Shown here in pieces: positions 39,728 to 49,056 of a stretch of 64,000 nucleotides of DNA; the stretch's first letter is position 1; the number at the start of each line of letters is the position of its first letter. Location: positions 31,857 to 95,856 of IMG/VR virus record IMGVR_UViG_3300009128_001633; one strand, given 5' to 3'. The DNA comes from a virus. The notes beneath the pieces were generated by a model that saw nothing but the letters and a program-made list of their open reading frames with translations, made no database searches and was not told where the DNA came from. A program made the position numbers and the translations under genes.

Positions 39728-40540
39728 CTACCTCTTACCAGTATTCTTCTTGGTCTTAGCGTCGGCCTCTTTTTTTAATCTATCCATTTCTTCCTTCAAC
39801 ATTGCATTCTGCTCTGACAAAACTATCGCCCTAACAACATAGAAAAAATTTGATTGTTCTAACGCTCCTTCTTTGAATGGTAATGACTTTGAATTATCAA
39901 TGTAATTTATTAAATTGGTTAACTTTATTGATCTTGAAGTTAACAATCCCAGAGGACATCTTGTTACGAAATCATTGTTTCTATTACTGAACCTAAATTT
40001 GAATTTCAATCTTTTTTTAACTCCACACGCACTACAAGTATCATCATTATTGTTTTCTTGACAAGATGGACATATCCAAGTTAAAGCACCATCACAATTA
40101 CGAGATTTAAACATTTTATGATCAACGCAATATTCACAATCCCATTGATATGCTTTATCAGCTCTACTCAGCCAATCAGACCATCTTGCTATTAACCTCA
40201 ATTCACTTGCTAAATCATCATCAACTTCAGATAGTTCCATTATTTTTTCAGCAAGTTCCTGTTGATAATGTGGGGAAATAGCACTAAAATTCTCCACATT
40301 AAATGGGATAACTTCACCATTTTCAAAGGCAAAGTTATCCCATCCGACTAGACCATACATGAGAACCCTTAGTATGAAATTACCAGAAAAACGAGGATGA
40401 AGTTCCTCACAAGAACGATATCCCAACACCGTTAACGGCCTGAGAATAAACGAAGTGGAAGACCCATTATTTCTGTCATTCTTACATATATAAGAAAAGA
40501 CAGTTTTTGGGTCTAGTCTTAGCATTACCGAATTTTCCAT
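39728..40540 (-). CDS. Tail assembly chaperone GT-like (G-domain copy + Cys-rich domain)
   Basis: N-half homologous to 40561-40917; CEYC, CPSC, CSAC; GALEQS motif. Confidence 0.7.
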   Translation of the reverse strand: MENSVMLRLDPKTVFSYICKNDRNNGSSTSFILRPLTVLGYRSCEELHPRFSGNFILRVLMYGLVGWDNFAFENGEVIPFNVENFSAISPHYQQELAEKIMELSEVDDDLASELRLIARWSDWLSRADKAYQWDCEYCVDHKMFKSRNCDGALTWICPSCQENNNDDTCSACGVKKRLKFKFRFSNRNNDFVTRCPLGLLTSRSIKLTNLINYIDNSKSLPFKEGALEQSNFFYVVRAIVLSEQNAMLKEEMDRLKKEADAKTKKNTGKR

Positions 40541-40560
40541 AATACATTCCTACTGCTATG

Positions 40561-40917
40561 TTAAATTTCATCTTCTTCTATACCTCTGATATAGTTAGCG
40601 ATTTCATCTCTCTCAGCAGGAGGAATGCAAGAAAAATTCTCAACATTAAATTCTATTTTCTCACCTGTATCTGCATAAACAAAATTTTTCCAACCTAACA
40701 GACCTTTCTTTAATGCCATCAGAGCTGACGATCCAGTAAGAAATTTTTCTCTTCTAGCATTACCTATGCCTGTCACATTAAACATTGCATCCCTAATTTC
40801 AGCTTGCTCATCAGCAGTTAAATACCTGACTTCAAAAGCTGTTCTATCGGCCTTTGGTGACTTTCTATCGGCCTTACAAACATACTCATGTGGTTTATCA
40901 AACCTTATACCTTTCAT
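40561..40917 (-). CDS. Tail assembly chaperone G
   Basis: Start taken at MKGIRF after GGAGG; GLLGWKNF; lies between tube and tape measure. Confidence 0.75.
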   Translation of the reverse strand: MKGIRFDKPHEYVCKADRKSPKADRTAFEVRYLTADEQAEIRDAMFNVTGIGNARREKFLTGSSALMALKKGLLGWKNFVYADTGEKIEFNVENFSCIPPAERDEIANYIRGIEEDEI

Positions 40918-41178
40918 AATGAATTTTACCTCCTTCTGTTTTAATAGATTTAAAATAATCCTATTGCAAATTATTAGTATATATCCAAATTTCCGCTGTC
41001 TAAACCTTGAGTAAGCAATCCAATCCAATATACGAATAGTAGCAAGGTTAATGAATATGTAGGAGACTAACGGAAACCAAAACATACAAATTGCTAGTCT
41101 TATCGCCCTCCAATCTATTAACAGTAGAAAGAAGATCAAGACTATTATTAAATTTAAACTATAATCGACCATTTTGGC

Positions 41179-41209
41179 AAAAAGGCGGGGTTCTTAATCC
41201 CGCCTTTTT
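41179..41209 (-). terminator. Intrinsic terminator after tail tube gene
   Basis: AAAAAGGCGGGATT-AAG-AACCCCGCCTTTTT hairpin with T tails on both strands. Confidence 0.8.
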
Positions 41210-41226
41210 CATCAGTTATTTAATTA

Positions 41227-43266
41227 TTAAATATAAGATTGTCCATTAGTTAAAACAATTCTCATATCGGGAATATCCTCCGTATCATCAAACAAAGCAT
41301 TAAACGGAAAATCAGTAGCTATTAATTCCTCACCACCAACAACAGGAGTTGACCCAGAATACTTAATGTTCGGCAACCTAATCTGAATACTATAAAATGT
41401 AGAACTTCCACCAACATATTCATCAGAAGTGACAGTAACAACTAAATCTCCAGCAGTACCGTTTACAAACATTCTATAGACATCAAGATCATCAAATTCA
41501 AGATTCATTGAACCATCAGTCGTTCTCCTTTGTGGAACTAACGCTGCTCTCTGCCTGTCACCCAACTCATATTTATCACCATACAGATTATTATTAATTG
41601 TTGCAGTAAGACCCATAATGGATTGAGCAACAGCACCAGCCCCATCTCCCTTATTCAGTGTAACATCACCCTGATATCCAGTTAAGATATCTTCTGTTTG
41701 ATATGTTGCACTAGCATTCTCATCCTTAAATGTAGTGAATGACCAAGTATCATTTGCAACTAATGTAACATTCTCAGGAAACATTATATCAAATCCAGTA
41801 TCAGTGTCATTTTCATCTAAAATATTATACCAAGTATTGTAAGTTATAAGTGTTTCAGTGCTCCAATTCGCATTATCACTGGAACCCTTGAAACCCGCTG
41901 TTCCATCGCAGGCTCCACCAGTAGTAATATCAACATAGAACGTAGCACTATCTCCAGCATCAGTCCCAATGTAATTACCCCTAAACAATGGCATGATAGT
42001 TGTTGAAATTAAAAGAGTTAAATCCGTATCAGAAGTTGTAGAAATGGTCGTACTATTAAGATCAGTCATACCAGTAGACAGTGTATCTATATCAGCTCCT
42101 GCCTTCCTAGCTATCGTAAAATACGTAGACTCATATTCCATAAACTCTAATAACCCTTTAACATAACTAGTTTCCCAATAATAACCATCATGATCATAAT
42201 AATTGCGTTCAAGAGAAAAATGATACACTGTATCACCACCATGAGCAAAATAGAACATTTCTCTTGTTCCGTCTAAGTCAAGTTCCAAAGTTGGTGTAGC
42301 AGAAGAACCTGCATATCTAACGGAACATAACGGAGCAGCCCATCCTGTATTAGAACCAACAACAGCAGGATCACCAATTGTACCTCCACCTTTAAACATA
42401 ACATTAGCTGTTCCGGTAATGATCTCTCCGGGATTAATTGTGAATGAAAGAGAGTTGAGACGTCCACCATAATAATTAAACGCAGCAACATCCCTTCCAA
42501 CCTCAAGTGTGAGCCCCTCAGGAAGATCTTGATGAGCATCCAAAGTGTGTTCATAAATACCATACCTATAATTAACTGGAAAAAACACGTATTTATTTCC
42601 ACTTGTATCAGCACCAATTGCCATATTTTCAAACGCTACTTCAAGATTAACAACTCCAGCAGCAGTTTTCGCATAAGCAGTTGTACTATAATCAGAAGAA
42701 CCAAGAGTTTGAGCAGCACTACCTTTGCTCGCAAGAGCTCTTGCAAAATATCCTCCATTAGAAGTATCAGTACCATCTCCCCATGGAGCATAACAACTAT
42801 GATTAGTCGCACTATTGATTGAATTAATTACAGTTTGCACAGTTGTTCCGGGTGCAAACTCAACTTCCCAATTGTCACCTGCTGTAGTTCCAACAGATCT
42901 AATCATCGCACTTGTTAATGTGATAACTCTATCTGTATCACTACCATCATACACTATGACAAAGGCCACATCCTTCCTTTTTGTTCGCTTTTTGCCCAAA
43001 GCATGTTTCAATAAAGTTCCAAATCCCTCGGGAGCAAATTCGAAGTTAACATCACCTCCAGCAGTTTCTGTTCCTATCCTCTGTTTATGAATAGCTCTAT
43101 CTGCCCTAACAGCAGCACTTACTAGATTAGTATAATCACTAACAATACCTTCACTAGTAAATTCGACAAATTTGTTAGGAGGTGAAGCAGGATAACCCCA
43201 CTTGCTCTCTTCTTTAAAACCGATCTGGCCTTTACTTCCAACTGCCGGACCTACAGTTCTTACCAT
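41227..43266 (-). CDS. Major tail tube protein with two large insertions
   Basis: IGFKEESKWG...GGDVNFE...LLKHALG; LTLEVGR...LNSLSFT; INNNL...RTTDGSM...IRLPNIKY. Confidence 0.85.
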   Translation of the reverse strand: MVRTVGPAVGSKGQIGFKEESKWGYPASPPNKFVEFTSEGIVSDYTNLVSAAVRADRAIHKQRIGTETAGGDVNFEFAPEGFGTLLKHALGKKRTKRKDVAFVIVYDGSDTDRVITLTSAMIRSVGTTAGDNWEVEFAPGTTVQTVINSINSATNHSCYAPWGDGTDTSNGGYFARALASKGSAAQTLGSSDYSTTAYAKTAAGVVNLEVAFENMAIGADTSGNKYVFFPVNYRYGIYEHTLDAHQDLPEGLTLEVGRDVAAFNYYGGRLNSLSFTINPGEIITGTANVMFKGGGTIGDPAVVGSNTGWAAPLCSVRYAGSSATPTLELDLDGTREMFYFAHGGDTVYHFSLERNYYDHDGYYWETSYVKGLLEFMEYESTYFTIARKAGADIDTLSTGMTDLNSTTISTTSDTDLTLLISTTIMPLFRGNYIGTDAGDSATFYVDITTGGACDGTAGFKGSSDNANWSTETLITYNTWYNILDENDTDTGFDIMFPENVTLVANDTWSFTTFKDENASATYQTEDILTGYQGDVTLNKGDGAGAVAQSIMGLTATINNNLYGDKYELGDRQRAALVPQRRTTDGSMNLEFDDLDVYRMFVNGTAGDLVVTVTSDEYVGGSSTFYSIQIRLPNIKYSGSTPVVGGEELIATDFPFNALFDDTEDIPDMRIVLTNGQSYI

Positions 43267-43301
43267 GATTGATACCTCCGTAAATTATTATTTTTAAAAT
43301 C

Positions 43302-43326
43302 TTTTGTGGCTCACTAAATTGTTTAA
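43302..43326. repeat. Arm of 25-nt long-range inverted repeat (partner 46666-46690)
   Basis: TTTTGTGGCTCACTAAATTGTTTAA matches the reverse complement of 46666-46690 at 24/25. Confidence 0.9.
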
Positions 43327-43787
43327 GAAATAGATGTTACAATATCCTGATAGGGAGCTAACACTATCAGTCTGGCCGAAGCCATTAGACCACCAGACCT
43401 TATTCTGGGTGTATAAGAACATGACCTAACAATCGCTCTGGTGGATGTTAACCAACTATTTAACGAAGCATTCTCCATTATATGCCTCATTATTTTGTAT
43501 GCATGTCGCATAACCAGATTTTTTCCTAAATCTGGATTAGCAACACCGTGATAATACCACAACTCTCCAACTATATCTAACTCATATCTGACAGTATTAC
43601 TACCAATTGTCCTCTTATCATTAAATACAGCAGAACAAGAAATAGATAAAGAAGGAGTAACTGGAATTAAATGCACATCTTCCTTGAAAATTTCCTTCAG
43701 TTCTAATGATTCTTGACTTCCCTCAAGAGTTTCGTATGTGTTTAATATGAAATTATCAATTAAATTATCTACATCTATTGCAGTCAT
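43323..43787 (-). CDS. Tail terminator/completion protein (putative)
   Basis: Size and position just upstream of the tube; beta-rich pattern. Confidence 0.6.
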   Translation of the reverse strand: MTAIDVDNLIDNFILNTYETLEGSQESLELKEIFKEDVHLIPVTPSLSISCSAVFNDKRTIGSNTVRYELDIVGELWYYHGVANPDLGKNLVMRHAYKIMRHIMENASLNSWLTSTRAIVRSCSYTPRIRSGGLMASARLIVLAPYQDIVTSIS

Positions 43788-45418
43788 TATATTTTACTCA
43801 AAATTTTGTGTTGAACAATATCAGCAACCTTATCTTGCAACCCAGATCTATTAAAAAGTTCATGGCTAACTATTGCTCTTATGTCTTTTATTAAATTATC
43901 CGATACACCAATTGCTCTTAGATTTGAATTTAATTGTCTATTTATATAAAAAACATGCCTTATTGACATATCACTATCTTTAACACGTCTGTGACCGTAA
44001 AACTCCATTGGCCTTCCAGACCTTATTTCACCATGCTCAACATCATTAACAACTTTCTTCAATCCAGTAGGACCAAAATATTTATCATATTCAGCACGAG
44101 AGGGAGCAGAACTTTCCAAATTGTTAAGAATGTTAATAAAGCCCTTAAATGAACCTGATATCCATGATAGATTTGTATATAACATATTAAGTATTAATCC
44201 ACCACTATAACTTGAACCAATGCTAATTCCTCTTCTTTTTGAACCACTAACTGATGTTCTGCCAATTGCAGCCTCAGAAAACACTTTTCCGACTAATTTT
44301 TCTATAATATCTAATAATAATTCAATTTTAAAACTTAAATCAGAAATAATTGACTCATTTACATTCTCAATACCAAAATTAACCAAACTATTATTGTTTG
44401 TAAAATCAAGAAAACTATTCGATAAAAATTCAAGCTCTATGGCATATGATCTCAACTCCTTTTCAGACCTATCAACTACTCTCTCATATTCATACAATAA
44501 ATCTCTATATGAATATCCAGAAACATTCTCATAATCACCGCTGAACATATCTTTTAAATGTCTCTGCATACCAACATTGTGCTTTGATCTATCAGCTGAA
44601 AGGTTATTCAATGTTGCATCTAGTCTACTTTTAGAATGTGTTAGTATCCTATTATACTCAACAGCCAAACCATATCTTTGATTAAAGCTACCTTCCAACT
44701 TCATAAATTCTTCTTCCAAAAAATCATTAACTGTTGTTCTAACCTGTTGTAAAATTGATTTATTGAAAATGACATTAGAAACATGTTGAAGATCCTGCTT
44801 TTTTAATAAGGTTTTTCTACTAAACTCCTTGAGAAAACGATCGGCATCTGTAGCATCAAATATGACTTCCCAATTCTTTTTAGCTTGTGTTATTTTAGGA
44901 GTAGCAATACCCATATGTTCTCTTAATACAGGAAATGCTTCTTTTGTTTCCAAAATTCTAGCAGGATTATCAGTATATGTATAGTTATCAATCAAATTCA
45001 TTATCCCTTCAACAGCTTCTTTTCCCTTACCACCTTTGGCATATAAGGATAACAATTGAACTTGAGCTCTCTCCAATTTAACATTTGTTTTAAGATCGCC
45101 AATAGCTGCTTCTATCAACTCCATATCAGCTCTTTCTCTAGCTTCAGAATATGACGTTTGCTTACTTGCATCAAGTTCACCAAAAACATCTCTACTGTCC
45201 TCATACAACAATCTTTCACCTGCTAATAACTCTTCTGTTGACAACTGCTCAGTTATCGTTTTTTCCTCACCTACCATCCTCCTAGTTATTACTCTCTTTT
45301 TCCACTCACTAGCTTGAGAAGCAGCATCTGCAACTAACTCTTCATCAGTTAATTGATCAGGATCCTGATCCAACTCATCAAGAAAATCTTCTAATTCTTC
45401 TTCATCATAAGTAGCCAT
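43787..45418 (-). CDS. Unknown 543-aa neck-region protein
   Basis: Coupled to neighbours; acidic N-terminus; helical. Confidence 0.6.
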   Translation of the reverse strand: MATYDEEELEDFLDELDQDPDQLTDEELVADAASQASEWKKRVITRRMVGEEKTITEQLSTEELLAGERLLYEDSRDVFGELDASKQTSYSEARERADMELIEAAIGDLKTNVKLERAQVQLLSLYAKGGKGKEAVEGIMNLIDNYTYTDNPARILETKEAFPVLREHMGIATPKITQAKKNWEVIFDATDADRFLKEFSRKTLLKKQDLQHVSNVIFNKSILQQVRTTVNDFLEEEFMKLEGSFNQRYGLAVEYNRILTHSKSRLDATLNNLSADRSKHNVGMQRHLKDMFSGDYENVSGYSYRDLLYEYERVVDRSEKELRSYAIELEFLSNSFLDFTNNNSLVNFGIENVNESIISDLSFKIELLLDIIEKLVGKVFSEAAIGRTSVSGSKRRGISIGSSYSGGLILNMLYTNLSWISGSFKGFINILNNLESSAPSRAEYDKYFGPTGLKKVVNDVEHGEIRSGRPMEFYGHRRVKDSDMSIRHVFYINRQLNSNLRAIGVSDNLIKDIRAIVSHELFNRSGLQDKVADIVQHKILSKI

Positions 45419-46233
45419 TATGTTGAACCAATTGCCTCTTCTTCATTATAATCATAATCATACTGTTCATTAATAGTTTCGATTTCACCCTTCATGTTTT
45501 CAACTCCAGCCGCTTCTTTAATACCTATTTGTTCTTGCAAGAGAGGTTCATGAGATACAAATCTTGCATATCTAGAATACTTAAATTTAGCTTTACCTGG
45601 AATACTCTCAAGGTATAATTTGACAAAATTTTTACCTTGATTATACCATCTTCTAACCAATGTTGGAACTTGGTCAGTGTTTAAGTTTGAAAACACAGAA
45701 GTGAAAATAACACTTGCACCAATATATTGACAAGCTCTCTTTAATAAAGATGGAGGTGAAACAAAAGGAACATATTGATCATCTATAAACTCTAATGCCA
45801 TACCATTAATTATTTCGTTAGCATCTTCTAAAAAGCCAATACCATCTTCCTCAGATATATTTGAATCAGTACGAAACTTAAACTGGTCTCCAGTAATAGG
45901 AGTTCCAGCCCACTGAGCAGCAGCTATAGTTATAATACCAGAAGTTGACGTGAAACTAGAGCTTATAGTTCCAGTACCATCAGGCGTACTAGTACCTTCT
46001 CCTCTATATAGAGTAAAAGCTGTACTAGAGGAAAATGTTATATGCCAAAGCTCACTTCCAGCATAACTATCAACTATAGAAGAAATACCTTTAAGAATAC
46101 CACTTCCGGTATTTGAACTATAAGCCTTCGGTATTGTATATGAACCAGAAAATTTAACTTTATGCTGATTATTTCCAGCAACTGAGAGAACTCTCAGCAA
46201 TCTTTTGGTATCATCAAGTTTACAGTAAGCCAT
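45418..46233 (-). CDS. Head-tail adaptor (Mu gp36-like) with S/T-rich insertion
   Basis: MAYCKLDD N-terminus; ANEIING...PSLLKRAC...RWYNQG. Confidence 0.7.
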   Translation of the reverse strand: MAYCKLDDTKRLLRVLSVAGNNQHKVKFSGSYTIPKAYSSNTGSGILKGISSIVDSYAGSELWHITFSSSTAFTLYRGEGTSTPDGTGTISSSFTSTSGIITIAAAQWAGTPITGDQFKFRTDSNISEEDGIGFLEDANEIINGMALEFIDDQYVPFVSPPSLLKRACQYIGASVIFTSVFSNLNTDQVPTLVRRWYNQGKNFVKLYLESIPGKAKFKYSRYARFVSHEPLLQEQIGIKEAAGVENMKGEIETINEQYDYDYNEEEAIGST

Positions 46234-46234
46234 A

Positions 46235-46642
46235 TTATATAGTCCTTAGAAATTGAATTATTTCTTTTAATTTATTTTTATCCTTTATTGTCTTAACAAT
46301 TGGCTTTTTCATTCCAAGGGTAGAAGCTAAAGTAATCAGCTCGCTTCTACCCTTGTCCTGAAGATCATCATCAAATCCTCCAGAAACAAATACAGGAGTA
46401 CGCTTAATATCACTTTTGCTCTTATTTATCTCAATTTCGTACTCTTCATACTCACCTTCATCATCCAACCTAACAAACTTGCAAATTCTCAATTCCTTTT
46501 TAGAGTCGGTATGATATTGTTTGGTTTTATTTCTAGCTGCATCCATTAAATAATCTGAAGGATTTTTCTCTATATCTCCAACGTTATACATTTTACCCAT
46601 ATGGGTTAGTCCAGGAAATAAAACTTTAACGGCCTTTGGCAT
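46235..46642 (-). CDS. Head-associated hypothetical protein
   Basis: Follows capsid; C-terminal small helical (HeH-like) region; contains IKRTPV. Confidence 0.55.
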   Translation of the reverse strand: MPKAVKVLFPGLTHMGKMYNVGDIEKNPSDYLMDAARNKTKQYHTDSKKELRICKFVRLDDEGEYEEYEIEINKSKSDIKRTPVFVSGGFDDDLQDKGRSELITLASTLGMKKPIVKTIKDKNKLKEIIQFLRTI

Positions 46643-46665
46643 TTTTCGCCCTCCTTTTTTATTAT

Positions 46666-46690
46666 TTAAACAATTTAATGAGCCACAAAA
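46666..46690. repeat. Arm of 25-nt long-range inverted repeat (partner 43302-43326)
   Basis: TTAAACAATTTAATGAGCCACAAAA. Confidence 0.9.
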
Positions 46691-46717
46691 AAATTTTATA
46701 TCACCTGCATACTATCA

Positions 46718-47956
46718 TTATGCGATAGTTGCAGCTATGAAACCACGTTTCCTATAAAGAACAGGAAGAGCATTAATACCAGCAATAATTTCAATCTGTT
46801 TAGGATCTTTATTAAGAAAAATAGTTTCAGCAAATTTTCCAGGAGCGGGATTAGTGAGACTACCCTGTCCATAAACAGCGTCTACACTAATAACCTCACC
46901 TTTTGGACCAGATCCCGGAGGAAATTCAAGTTCCATAAGAAATACATTATCGGGAATGTATGTTTTATAACATCTCAACATACTCTGGGCTGGATATGTT
47001 CCTGTAACTGTAGTTCCTGTAAAATCAATTGTATCACCAGATATACTGGCAATAGTCATATTCTCCTCCGCACTTTCATCAGCAGCAGAGAATTGGCAAA
47101 CATCGGCAGCAGCAAATCCCTTAGCATCGTCCATAACTATGGTAGTTACTGATCCTGCGGCTTGAGCAGCCTGAGAATAAGTAATCAAGTTATATCCTGC
47201 ATCATAAACTTCATATTCATAATTGCCAATATAGGTACTGAAAATTTGTTGGAGTATCTTACGACTCATAAGACCAACATTGCCAGCATTAAACACTCGA
47301 TCAACAAGAGCTAGTACCCTGGCATTCCTAAACAAATACTGTTCACACATTGTATTAAACCAGAATTTCTTGACTTTACCACCAGACCCACGAGCAAGAC
47401 GTACCCAAGTCTGAATATCATTGATTGGGTCTGAAGTCGCAGCTGTACTCCACAACGGAGAAGCAGTAGGCCTCTGTCTTCCAGGAATATTATATGAAAT
47501 TGTAAACTGAACCTTATTATCGTTGATAGCTAAGGTATTAGCAACCGGAGGTTGCCACCTCATCCATTCAATTCTTGTTTCTAACCTCGAATCAAGATCA
47601 ATCATAATATCGGCAATAAGCTCCGCAGCAGTTGATCTTTGCTCCCACGTCCCAAGTTTTCTCAATGTGGTCACATCAGACTCACCAAGGATAACTTTTT
47701 CACGAAAATGAGCAGGCTCAAAAGACGCTTGCCCGACACCCCTACGATGGATAACCGGAGATTCGGCTCCTCGTGCGACTGCTTGAGTCATTCCACCAAG
47801 TGGTCTTTTTATATCCCATTCAACCTTTGGTCCAGGCTGAGTGACTAACGGCATAATATCCTGACCACGATAAGTTTCTGTCTGAGGAGGAATGTCATCA
47901 ATCACCTTCATAAGATACCTCGGGGTCAAGAGTGTGCTTTCTACTAATGCATCCAT
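46718..47956 (-). CDS. Major capsid protein (HK97 fold, lambda gpE-like)
   Basis: VARGAESP...FEPAHFREK...RIEWMRWQ...WST..SDPINDI...ALPVL. Confidence 0.9.
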   Translation of the reverse strand: MDALVESTLLTPRYLMKVIDDIPPQTETYRGQDIMPLVTQPGPKVEWDIKRPLGGMTQAVARGAESPVIHRRGVGQASFEPAHFREKVILGESDVTTLRKLGTWEQRSTAAELIADIMIDLDSRLETRIEWMRWQPPVANTLAINDNKVQFTISYNIPGRQRPTASPLWSTAATSDPINDIQTWVRLARGSGGKVKKFWFNTMCEQYLFRNARVLALVDRVFNAGNVGLMSRKILQQIFSTYIGNYEYEVYDAGYNLITYSQAAQAAGSVTTIVMDDAKGFAAADVCQFSAADESAEENMTIASISGDTIDFTGTTVTGTYPAQSMLRCYKTYIPDNVFLMELEFPPGSGPKGEVISVDAVYGQGSLTNPAPGKFAETIFLNKDPKQIEIIAGINALPVLYRKRGFIAATIA

Positions 47957-48005
47957 ATTTATAACCTCCTAAATTGTTTTATATAGTTAATTGTTCACTA
48001 AACTG

Positions 48006-48446
48006 CTATGCAGACGGACTATCAACGAAAGTCAAATGCTGCATTTCCTCAACCTGATCATCAGTAAGGGCAGTTGAAGATGAGTAGTTATATTTAATTT
48101 TACTCCAATCAAAAGTCCCTTTAATATATGCTTTAACAGGCTGATCACCCCAAGAAGCATCAAGGATTGTTTCTGCTAATACAACAGCGTCACCAAGGAA
48201 CTGAGTAGGAGTACCGTTAACACCATTATTTCCAGCTTCAGTATCAACGACATTATAAGTCCCGTCAGCCAAATCAGTATCCTTAGTCAACAAAACACCC
48301 TTAGGAATCTTAACCACTCCTGACCCAAATCCGGCAGCAGCATATCTCGCAGTTGAATCAAGCGTAACGCTTATTAACTGAAAGTTACCGCTTCGAAGGA
48401 TCTCAGAATCGAATTCCCCTGTTTGAAAAGTTGTTCCAGGTTTCAT
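48006..48446 (-). CDS. Head decoration protein
   Basis: ISVTLDS...IPKGVLL...VVLAE; directly before capsid. Confidence 0.7.
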   Translation of the reverse strand: MKPGTTFQTGEFDSEILRSGNFQLISVTLDSTARYAAAGFGSGVVKIPKGVLLTKDTDLADGTYNVVDTEAGNNGVNGTPTQFLGDAVVLAETILDASWGDQPVKAYIKGTFDWSKIKYNYSSSTALTDDQVEEMQHLTFVDSPSA

Positions 48447-48481
48447 AACTATGACCTCCTATAATTAATAATTAATTTTTA

Positions 48482-49048
48482 TTACGAAAAATCACGCTTT
48501 GTTATAGTCGTTTCTTTTCTATTCCAGAGCAATGCTCTGACTAACGTTTCTGTTCTATCATAAATAGCCATCCCAGATGGAATCCTATTAATCCTTTGAC
48601 ATTTATTCCACTGAGCAGTAGTTATCGCTAAGTTACTTGAATTATTATAATAAACCTTACCAGACTTGATGTTGCACTTGATGTATGCAGGAACAACTCG
48701 ATCCTCAGCATCTACTATTCTTCTACGTTTATTGCCCATAATATAGGCATAAATCATATGTTCTTCTCGAGCCAAAACAACAACATCCTTCATATACTGA
48801 GTCGGAGTACCATTTATAAAACCATCAACAGTACTCACAGGAAAATATTTATCGCTATATCCAGTAGTTGGTGCTAATAGCAAACCCTTTCTCAGCTTTG
48901 TTGTATCAGCAGAATTACCATCATCTCGAGAAGTAGAATCAATGGTCACGGAGATAATTTGATAAGTCCCATCCATTAACAGGTCGTCATCATAAAAACG
49001 ACTCTGTTCTCCGAAACCTGATGCTGCAAAATTTACATCTTGTGACAT
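48482..49048 (-). CDS. Head decoration protein paralogue
   Basis: ISVTIDSTSRD...LRKGLLL...NGTPTQY..VVVLA, homologous to 48006-48446. Confidence 0.7.
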   Translation of the reverse strand: MSQDVNFAASGFGEQSRFYDDDLLMDGTYQIISVTIDSTSRDDGNSADTTKLRKGLLLAPTTGYSDKYFPVSTVDGFINGTPTQYMKDVVVLAREEHMIYAYIMGNKRRRIVDAEDRVVPAYIKCNIKSGKVYYNNSSNLAITTAQWNKCQRINRIPSGMAIYDRTETLVRALLWNRKETTITKRDFS

Positions 49049-49056
49049 CTGTCAAC

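Noticed and set aside
40918-41172. Hydrophobic N-terminal extension of the tail chaperone in the ORF track
   Set aside because: A strong GGAGG precedes ATG 40917 and homology to the paralogue starts there. The extension may be a decayed small gene (GGAGGGCGAT seen), but this is unsupported.
43302-46690. Inverted repeats as a DNA-invertible segment or transposon ends
   Set aside because: No recombinase or transposase seen; inversion would flip essential neck genes; G-U asymmetry favours RNA pairing. Not fully excluded.
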